Source: Hydrolagus affinis (taxonomy: Eukaryota). From it: a stretch of DNA of 64,000 nucleotides. The stretch covers positions 62,001 to 126,000 of the forward strand of contig JAAILG010000138.1 of the NCBI GenBank assembly GCA_012026655.1, given 5' to 3'. The notes below the pieces were generated by a model, which worked only from the letters and a program-made list of their open reading frames with translations, did not search any database and was not told the DNA's origin. A program made the translations under genes and the position numbers. How positions within the stretch are numbered: the first letter of the stretch is position 1; each line of letters starts with the position of its first letter. Shown here piece after piece: positions 38,790-48,582 of the stretch.

Positions 38790-38950
38790 GAGTCGCCAAT
38801 TCATGCACTTTTTCAGCACTCAGCGTCAATAACCTATTGGATTGGCCGTTGTGCAAGTTTGTGGTGATGGATGAGAAAGCTTGATTGGTTTCTCCAAATG
38901 GCTAGGGTGACAAATAGCTCAGTTTGATTGGCTTTCTCTGATATATAGAG
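38790..38950 (-). promoter_or_regulatory. Candidate NF-Y (multi-CCAAT) promoter
   Basis: ATTGG at 38841, 38884 and 38927 (43-bp period), each reading RRCCAATC on the minus strand. Extra ATTGG at 38836, CRE half-site CGTCA at 38824, and CpG enrichment over ~38540-38850. Confidence 0.5.
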
Positions 38951-39317
38951 TTGACTCCTGAGCAGGGGATGAATTTTTTAAGTGTCTGTTCTGTTTGGTG
39001 GCTTTTGTTACTTTATTTACTTTCTATAAACCCCTAATTAATTGTTCTGCAATCAATAGGCAATAATTCATTTGTGCTCCTCTGGCTTTGAGGCGCTGCT
39101 ATTACTTCTAAACTGGTTAATGGCCCAACAGACGTCTCTGCAAGAAGTACACTGAGGGCCAGAACAGATAGAACTGTTGACTTAAAAACATGTGGAAGTA
39201 AATACTATATACCAAGTATGAGTGTGATAATACCCTATTATCGTCGTGATCAGGCTAACTCAAATAGTGAGAACTTCGGGGTAAAATTACAAACTTATTT
39301 ATGATAACAATAATATA

Positions 39318-39614
39318 AATGATAATAATCCTTGCATTTGATGTAGCACTTTTCACATCTTCTAGATGTCTCAAAGCACTTCACAGAATATACTGTAAAG
39401 TGAATTGACTGTATATTTGTGAGCGAAATGCTGTAGCCAATTGCGCACAGCAGTGGTTTGAAATATCCAATTTTATTATAGTGTTTTTTTTGGATGGATT
39501 ATTATTAGGCCTGTGGAGTACGGAAACTTGCCCAAGGTTTCACCCTGACCTTGCTGGATTCGAATACAGGTCTCACGCTTGTAATGCGAGTGCTCTAACC
39601 ACTGAACTATCGGA
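39318..39614 (-). mobile_element. tRNA-derived SINE, short family, full length
   Basis: gataataatccttgcatttgatgtagc...ggattcgaatacaggtctcacgcttgtaatgcgagtgctctaaccactgaacta. Confidence 0.92.
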
Positions 39615-40524
39615 ATAAGTCTGATGAGTTGCAGTATCCAGTTGTGTTCATCACCCCAAAAGTGTGTTAAAAGCTATAGAACACAAGAAACACTTTTGTT
39701 GAGCCTTATAGTTTCCGTGTGCGACACTCTCACAGTAATTTAGAATTTTATTTAAATTAACTAACCTCGAGAAAACTACTAAGTCCATGGTATAGAATGT
39801 TACCAAGGTTGAAAAGAGTAGCTGAGAAACAACACAAAGTGAGAAGAATTGGATTTGCGTCAAGCTTGCATTTTAAAAGCCTACATGTTGTATGAGGAAG
39901 GGAAAATCATGAAGGAGGCTGGCAATTCCACTGTCATCAAGTCCTGGGAAGGACTGAATGAGAGCAGGAATGATATGGGGATGATGAGTGCTGATTTCAA
40001 CACAGTGAGGAAGCAGGAAGCGTGTGTGGGAGTGCCATCCAGTCTAATTTTATCAGGTAATGTATCTTTGCCAGTCCTGCAATTTCAAATTTGTTAGTCA
40101 GGTCAATTAGTCAAGAGCACAGACCAATATATCTCTTTCCGTCCGACTACTCACTGGGAACAATAAGTCAAACAGCAACTTGATGGGATTGTAAGGTTTA
40201 CTAATGACTTAGAAGCAATCAACCGCATAGCCATAGCGTTCCATATGTACACCTTCAGAAAGTGAAAAAATTTATTGGAACTGCAAATGGAGACTTCGAG
40301 TGATTCTGTAATTAGACTGGAATGTAAAGTGCAAAATTACCAGACTGGTTGCCAAGCTTGCAGAATCATCCACTATGAATCACACGTTGTTACCACTTAG
40401 TGTTACCTGACAAGTATGAGCAAATTTGACTGCGCCTAACTTGCAGATAACAACTAATTCTTTGGGTAACACTAAATGAACGTCAACTTGGTAGTGTTAT
40501 TCACAGAAATCCTACAAAGCAGAA

Positions 40525-40770
40525 TTAATAATAATAATCATCCTTGCATTTGATATAGCGAACTGTAAGGAAATGCCTTGTATTATTTGATGTTTGGACA
40601 AGAGAGCTTTGGGGATTGTGAAACTGCATTTCAGATGCCTTGGTAATTATAATAATAATAATAATCCTTGCATTCGATATATCGCCTATCGCATTGTTGA
40701 GAAGCGCCTCATAGTGCTTCACAGAATCTTCTGTAAAGTGAATTGTCTGTATAGTTTTGTGGGCGAAGCC
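40525..40770 (-). mobile_element. Two stacked SINE 3' tail fragments
   Basis: (aat)n-ccttgcatttgatatagcg at 40525-40560 and (aat)n-ccttgcattcgatat..gtgggcgaa at 40650-40770. Confidence 0.85.
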
Positions 40771-41589
40771 AATGTACTTTTGAAGAAAGCTACTTCCTCA
40801 TGTTTGCATGCTCTATACAAGTATTCTGCATCAAGTGAAACAGAGCGGTGAAAAATGCAACACCTCGTAATATCTGATGCAACATTTGTTTACGCAAGAT
40901 GGCACAACAGTAGTCTGTGGGACTCAGAAATGGTTTGAGAGAGTCAAATCACCATTTCTGGTTCCATTTTGTTTTGATCACAGCTATTTCCTTAGGAACA
41001 GTGGCAGAACATTTGGCGTATTTTAATGTTTATTTGAAATATGCTTTCGGGTTCTGGAACCTCCCTAACGATTTTTTTTAACAAGGTTCTTTTGTAGCAA
41101 TTACAAAGCAATATAGAAAAAGTGAGCAATGGAAGTTAGCTTGCGCTCTTCATTAGGGGTTATACTGATTGTTGCATTGCTGGAATATAATGAAAGTTAC
41201 AAAATGGTCCGTGATCATCTTAATTTTAATAAATAGTTACATCATTCACTCAATAATGTGAAATGCTGCACAATTATAGGCGAAACATGACAATAGTTGG
41301 AAAAAATTGCAAGCCCAATTTCTTTTTCCTTTGTGGCAGAAGAATAAGTACCAGCTGAGAAAAGATTACAGTAATTAAATGAAGAGAGCAGTGAGTAATG
41401 CAATGAATGGAATGACCTCACTACTGGGGGGTTTGGATGCCTATTAAAGATGCAGTACGCCTCTTCCAAGATGGATCATTCTGTAACTACAGTATCAACC
41501 ATCTGAGATCCCTGTACACTCGGATTGATATCAAAGGAAAGTCACTCAACACCTTAAAAATCATATGCTTTTGATAACTTCCTTAAGTG

Positions 41590-41720
41590 GACCTTCCAGA
41601 ATTCAGTTGCATGCATTAATGGAACAATCCAAGAACGTTTCAAAGTTTTGGAAAAGGAAGTACCAGAAGTTATTTTTGGTCCAAAGAGTGCTTGCACATG
41701 CTTTACATTAGCTCAACACA
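41590..41720 (+). mobile_element. Possible decayed hAT transposase CxxH region
   Basis: ACINGTIQERFKVLEKEVPEVIF followed, in a shifted frame, by gtgcttgcacatgctttacat (C/L-A-H-A-L-H). This resembles hAT 'L.EE.P.aif.hC.AH.L.L'. Confidence 0.28.
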
Positions 41721-43094
41721 TAAAATGTCACTTCAAAGATCACTTTGTGCCTAAAGCACTGATGGAGTCGAACATGTACAATGGACAATATCCTTCTGCT
41801 TTGTTATAGGCTTTAACCCTGTTCTTCATGTCTCAGGAGAAGGGACATTGTGGCATGTATACACAAAATAATCTCCACAAAATACTTCTGAGTTTGGGGG
41901 GGAAAAAACGTGTTACCTCAAGAATACTAGATTACATTCTTGCGACACAGTCAAGTAAAATAAACCAGCTAATTGTTAAACTGTCCTGAAATTCAGAAGA
42001 AGGAAAGAATGAGCTCAGACAATGTACAGACATGCCTCCCACATACCATGAGCCAAACAGAAAACCCAGTCTGGTGTTTTTAGCAGGGAAATCTGTTTAT
42101 TTTAACACAGTGAAATCTATTAGTTCAGGCCACATGGCTGGGCCTGAAAATATAATCACTGGAGAGATTCTGTTACTTCAAGACATTATGCTAAACTTGG
42201 TTGGCTGAAATATTGCTGCTTTAGTGAGACTTTTAATATAAAATCCTTGTATAATGGTGATAAACATTTAAACGAGCGCTCCAAAAATAATTCCTACTTG
42301 CTTATATATCGCTCATTGTTTTTTAAAGAGGCTGACTATCTTTTAAAATTACATTTTTAATTTATTTTTCTTGGCACCTGAGGTGACTGTGTTGGGAAAG
42401 CTGCTTGGCAGCACTTGTTTGAGCCAAAGCGACCAGAAACATGATGTTTGATCCCTGGAATATGCTGTGTTAGTCTCACACCCAGGGTGGCTGTAACTGT
42501 TAAATCTGCAGTCGTTGCCCCAGGGTAAGGTATGGAGTAAAAGCCAGGATCCTTGATCACTCAGCCAATGGCCCATGTTGAGAAATACATACGTGTTGAG
42601 TGAATATGGGATCATGTTCACTTACAATACTCCCCACTGCCTGCACTCACAATGAATGGCCACTTGGGTATAAAGACTCGCAGTACTGTACTCTACTCAA
42701 TTCAGCACCTTCAAGAGAGGAGTGGGAAAAAAATGCAAAAGAAAACTTTTATACGCTGCTGGTTAGTTTCCTTTCTCATTTGCCGTTTCTGCCTTGCCAG
42801 AATTCCCAAGTCAACAACAACAACAACTTGCATTTATATAGGGAGCTTCACGTTGGGGATAGTATTCTGGAGTCTTGGGAACGAGAAATGTTTTTACCTA
42901 TGATTTCTTTTTGCTTTTTTTAAAAAAAAAACTGAATGGCCAACGTGAGTTCCCTACACAACTATACCACAATTAAATTTCATCCTCCAAATTCTAGACG
43001 TTCATAGCTAATGAGGTGGGGGTGGATGGGGGTGAGTGGTAGGGGGGGAAGGAAGGAAGCTCACTTGATGGATCATTTATCAAATGTACTGGAC

Positions 43095-43310
43095 GGTGTG
43101 GGATTGATTTAGACCTGAAGGGTCCCAGGTTCAAATCCCTCTGTGTGCTGAGTTAACTGATCTCGGTTGGGAGAGGAACAGCGGAAGAGAAGCAGGAAAG
43201 GGGGAAGGTCTCCCAACATAGCCATGCTTCCCTGAGACCAGGGAGAGGAAAATCAGCAAAGGTTCCTGCTTCTGATTACTCTCCAGTGACCCTTACTACA
43301 AACTACACCT
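43095..43310 (+). mobile_element. Ancient tRNA-derived SINE (AmnSINE2/UCON3-like), 5' part
   Basis: gtcccaGGTTCAAATCCctctgtgtgctgagttaactgatctc...agggagaggaaaatcagcaaaggttcctgcttctgattactctccagtgaccc; related pieces at ~330-420 (-) and 28710-28850 (+). Name is from memory. Confidence 0.6.
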
Positions 43311-43989
43311 GTCTGGTTCCAGAGTGGCTGTTCCAATCAGCGAGCTTCTACATGTTTTTGTTTAATGGATCAATGTTGCAGGAAAAGAATAGTAAAGAAC
43401 AAAGTGCTCTTGAAACATGGGAAATATTCGACTTGGAGTTGTGCTGTAAAACTGCTATTGTTTGAAAGCTTGCCAGTAAAGTGGCGTTTATTTTGTGTTG
43501 GCTCTATCAATTTACCACATATCAGGCCATTGAAGAATTATTTTTAACTTGGGACAAAATCCAATGAAATGTTGCTTTGAGCGTAAATGCAGTGGTCTGT
43601 GCGGATCATTGTCTCGTAGCTTGTTTGTCAAGTTTAGGCAACAAGACTTCTTTGTGTCTGATAGCGTTCATGCCTTGGCTCAGTATTAAACATTTGATAT
43701 ATAGTATTTGATTGTGTGGTTAGCCACCATAGCTTTCAAGCCTTACATTTGGGCTTGAGTCTTCTGTGGGAAAGTCCCAAGGATTGTGTTCCTGGCCATG
43801 CCTCGTTGGGGCAGGAGAAAGAATTCAGAGGGTGGTGAGTTTTAAATAGCATGGGGTCTAATTTATGGGATGAGGCAACAAGCCGCCATGTAACCGCTGC
43901 ATGTTGTGCTAACCATATACGTATACAACTGCACTTGTATATGGGTTTTTACAAGTGTACTTAACTTTATCACTCACTTAATTGGTCGC

Positions 43990-44144
43990 TTACTCCCATG
44001 GCTGTTTGGGGACGTGGCTGTGCCCAAACTGGCTGCCAAATTCATGTGCCAAAATACACAAAGTCAAGTCACCTTGCAGTATATCTTGTGAAGCACTTCA
44101 GAGTGTCTCGACGATGTGATACGGTTTTATATCAAATGCCAGGA
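43990..44144 (+). mobile_element. SINE 3' half
   Basis: ggctgtttggggacgtggctgtgcccaaactggctgcc..gtgaagcacttcagag..atatcaaatgccagg. Confidence 0.8.
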
Positions 44145-45861
44145 TGGCTCCCTGCGCCCAGTGACTGGTCTGCCCTTCCAGGTCCTGATGATGAGCCAGG
44201 CTAGCTGTTCTGCCATCAGCAGTGCCCTAGAATACTGTGGAAACTGACAGTCAAGACACAGAGGGCTGGCTCGACTCTGATATACTGTTGCCAAGCCTGC
44301 CACCTGAGTGCCAGTTCAGCTCCAAGGAATCCTCACTTACCTTCCCATCCCCAACCACCACCACCGTTCCCGTTCCCCCCCCACCACCTTCACACACCAT
44401 CACACACCTTCTACCAAGGAATACCGAACAGTGTTCATGAGTGGAAACACAGTATTTTTCCTTCTCCTCCCCCAGGACCTCTGATGTCAATGTGGTGCAC
44501 AGTCAAATCTTATGTATCAATGGCTTTCCTGTAATGTTTGAACTATGACAGAAAAATCAATTTACCCAGAATTTTAGCAGACGTATGGGTACCCGCTTTG
44601 ATAAATCGACTGATATTCAGTCATATATTAGTCGTTCAACACTTTCCTCAGGTAGGTTCCTGTGAATGAATTCAGTCAGTATTCAGGCAAACCTACCCAG
44701 ATTGTATTCAAGTGAATTTGAGTCACAACTGATATCACAAAGAACTGGTATAAAATGCATTGTAATGACAGTACAATTTTCAGTTCAAAGCTTAATCAGA
44801 TATAATTGAAAAGATATTAACAATGGGAATCTGGAGACCGTTGGGCTTATAATGTATTCAGGCACTGTTCTGTTTTCCAGTTTATAGCTATGCAAAAGCA
44901 TAGCTCCGCTGCTGATTTATGAGCACAGAGTTACAGTTTCATAAGAACTGGCTTGAACATTTCAATAAAATAGTTTAAGCTGAGAAGTGGGCTGCCAATG
45001 ACTGGTTTATTGTGCCCTATTATATTTCGACTAGAATATTTTTCTAACTCGCTGCATTCTGAGCAAACCAAATAGGATCAAATTTATGAAACGTATAGGA
45101 ACCAGAAATATGCACAGGTTTTTTTTTCCCCATTTCCTTTAACCCTTTGCAAACACATCTCTATCAGTCCAGACTCCAGAATTATTTTGCAAAGGTTATT
45201 TGCAGAAACCCGATATTTTCCTTCACCCTCTTTCTACACCGCCCCACCTCCCGCCAATCCTTTCCAGAACTATATCGTGTATATCTGCTTTTGGCTTTGT
45301 TAGAATAAAATAAAGTCCTGATCCCCTTGTGTGCAGTCCAATAACATTACAATTGACAGGCTGGGAGCGTGAGCAGCATTGAAATTACAAAGCGATCGCT
45401 TGAAATTCAATTCTCCGAACTTACTATTTTAAAGCTTCAATCCCTAAATTGATTTAAATTGGGATTTTGCTGGACCTACTTATTTTGATGACCGTGATTG
45501 ATTTCAACAGCAGCACAGTGGTGTCTGAGTCATCCAGAGATCTATGTAGAGTTGTTCATGTGCTCAGCCATCACCTCACACATTACAAGGGTTGAGAGTT
45601 ATATTAATGTTTTATATGAATTGTCAGGGCTGATATAATAAGCAGTTGTCAGACAATTTGATTATTAAATTCAATGGATGCTTTTACTGGGCCAACTCAG
45701 GAAAGCCTTAACCTTCCTTTTTATTTTTCCAAGGAAAAAAAGGGTTTTATTCGTTGAAGATGCAACAAACTGTGACTGAATCTTTACGAATGCCATACTT
45801 CTTCAGCATTTCTTACTGCTCATAACTTTTAACAGTTGTATTTCATTATTATTTTAAAATA

Positions 45862-46235
45862 ACTAATAAGCATTGCATTGATATAGATGCCTTGTTTTAC
45901 CAATGTCTCAAAGAGCTTCACAATTTTTCTACAAAGTGTGTAGGTGAACGGTAGGTGAACGCAACACCCAACTTGCTCACAACCATGTCCGTGAAGTGAA
46001 TGGTCACATTTAACCAGGGCAGCGAAAGAAATTCCCCTTTACGAATAGTGCTTTGGCCTCTTGAGTATCCACCTGAACTGGCAGACATACCCTTAGTTTT
46101 TAAGATGGAATATCAGCAAAACAGTGCGCCTTCAAGGTTTCTTTGGAGTGTCAGCCTCGTCTATGAAAGTCCCGATCTAGGGGCTAAACCCAAAATCCTC
46201 TGACTTGAGAGTGATACCAACTGGTACAGCCTAAC
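45862..46235 (-). mobile_element. Deu-domain SINE, old, near full length
   Basis: ttgcattgatatag..tctcaaagagcttcaca..atccacctgaactggcagac..ggagtgtcagcc..aacccaaaatcctctgacttgagag..ccaactg. Confidence 0.7.
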
Positions 46236-46439
46236 AAACGTTCTTTAGATAGCAGTTATGAATGGACCATGAAAGCTAATGGACTAGTATCTCAATCTCA
46301 TAACACTTGGATAAGTATCCAGAGAATTGTGCACATTCGGGGGAACTTGGATCTAGTGTAGCATCCAAAACCTAAGATTGCATAAACACAAGTCTGCAGT
46401 TCCACTCGATGGCAGACACACTTTCGAGAGTTTGGAAGT

Positions 46440-46590
46440 AATGTGTGCAATTGGCTGCTGACAAATATACAATCAATTCACTTTACAGAATATTCCTTGA
46501 AGCACTTTTGAGATGTCTAGAAAACATTGTAAAGTCCTATGCCAACTGCAAGGATTAGTATTATTATTATTATCATTATTATTATTATCA
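46440..46590 (+). mobile_element. Short-family SINE 3' fragment with long (ATT)n tail
   Basis: gtgtgcaattggctgc..caatcaattcactttacag..ctgcaaggattagtattattattattatcattatt. Confidence 0.85.
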
Positions 46591-47289
46591 ATGTGCCTTT
46601 TCTAAGTCAAAAGTGGATAAAAATATCAGAGAAAGATTTATAAAGCACAAGTCCAGCAGAAATGTCGATGAATATTCTTAAACTTTTGCACGTTTTTCAG
46701 GTTTCCTTTCAGTAAGATTTAATTGGAGTTTGAGTTTCAGAATATGGTGATTTATATTGTATCATATACAGCACGGAGTGTTACAGCTCTGTAAAACAGA
46801 ACATGCTTTTTCTCGCTAGTAATTGATGCTATTTTAACTCTGAGCAGAAACCTGTACATACTTTGAAACAAAAATGCTTGGAAATGTGTTCTAACATGAG
46901 AAGGGGGTGCAGCAAGCGTCTTAGTTGAGTGTGAAGATGACTTACGTTTTATTTTCCTGGTTTACAATTACCATTCAGAATCCTGCAGTGCTAACAATTA
47001 ATGCTTATCCATAAATGCAGTAAATAATGCGAGACAGTATTTGTTAAAGTAAAAATGCTATGTTTTGAAAATTAAACACAGAAGAGTATGCATTTGCATA
47101 TTTTGTATTTCTTTAAGTTCTCTACCAAAGAAGTTTAGGTTGCAGTGGAAGGGGATTTGAGTTCTGTCTTTAAGATAGATTTTGGACTAAACCTATAAAT
47201 AAGATGTATAAAAATGTTATCGTATCTGATGATGATTTCTGAATGTTTATCTCAACATTATGTCAGGCAAATGGAACATAATAGTAAAG

Positions 47290-47695
47290 ATATAATACTT
47301 GTGCTTGATATATAGCACCTTTTCATGTCTTTGAGATGTCTCAAAGTGCTTCCCATGAATCACTGTAAAGTTGAGCAATTGTGTACTTTGTAGACAAATA
47401 TGGCAGGTATCTTACACACAGCAATGACTTACAAACAGTCATAAAGTGAGTTTTAGTTTCGAGATTGCTCGCTAAGGCACTGGGGAAACAATTCCCTTCG
47501 CTTTTCATTTAATGCCATATCCGTCTGAACAGGCGAAGACAGGCCTTTAAAGTTTCATCCGAAGCATGGTAGCTTTGACAACCCAGTTCTTCCCCCAGCA
47601 CTGCACTGGAGTGTCATATGAGCTCAAAGCGGTGATTGAACCCACAACCTTCTGACTCCGAGACGAAAGTCCTTCCAACCAAGTCTGGCTGACAT
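47290..47695 (-). mobile_element. Deu-domain SINE, near full length
   Basis: tatagcacct..tcaaagtgcttc..cagcactgcactggagtgtc..ttgaacccacaaccttctgactccgag..ccaacc; tRNA-like head with B-box GGTTCAATC on the minus strand. Confidence 0.8.
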
Positions 47696-48269
47696 CTAAA
47701 TCTATGTTTTTTAATTTAAAATGTCTACAGACAAATGGACTTCAACATCAAGTGCATATGAACTGCATATTTTATTTGACAGAGGTTGGTAAACAATAGA
47801 TGCTTAACAATGTACTTGTCATGTTGGGTGATTTGAATTGTAACTGCAAAGGTTAATAATCCTTCAGGAGATTCTCATTCCATTTATTGAAATAATTATT
47901 CTTAATGCAAAGAAATCCTATTTGCAATTTTCCCTCGCATAGATAATATGATTAATCATGCCATAATTATCAGCTTATATGTATAATGGTGATATTAACC
48001 TTGCGACGAAGGTCAAAGATTTCAAGCCATCATTACTCATTGGGTGTTTGCAAAAACTAAGAAAGGGAATATTTGAACAGAACTGAAAATGGACAACAGG
48101 AATATCTAAAAAGTAACCAAAGTAGTTGATTTATACAAATGCTATCGAATTGGACCACAAACAATACAATATTCCATTTTCATGTTGGGAGGACATCCCA
48201 AGGCACTGGACAGGCATAGATTTGGACCTGGGCTGGGGGGGAGTCCAGATCGGGAAGAGTGAAGGGCTG

Positions 48270-48582
48270 CACAATATCCCACAATCAGCTGTGAAGTGAG
48301 TGACCAATCTTATTTGGGGGATTCATGGCTTGGACACAGGGAAAACAATTCACCCACAAATATACAGTCAACTCACTTTATGGTATATTCTGTGAAGCAC
48401 TTTGAGACGTCTAGAAGATGTGAAAAGTGCTAAATCCAGTGCAAGCATTATTTTTTATTTATTATTATAAAAGTTCCCTTCTCATTTGAGTCGTGGCACG
48501 GGATCTTTAACATCCACCAAAGCGATGTAGTACGCCCCTCGTATTGGAGTGTCAGCCGAGGTTTATAAAATCCAAATCCTGG
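48270..48582 (-). mobile_element. Deu-type SINE fragment with a nested plus-strand short-SINE 3' piece (48351-48468)
   Basis: Host gggaaaacaattc|...|cccttctc (compare uninterrupted ggggaaacaattcccttc at 47481) is split by acccacaaatatacagtcaa..gcaagcattatt(ATT)n. Confidence 0.75.

Noticed and set aside
40318-40340. 12-nt match to the miR-1 5' end (tggaatgtaaag)
   Set aside because: Diverges afterwards and no hairpin partner is visible.
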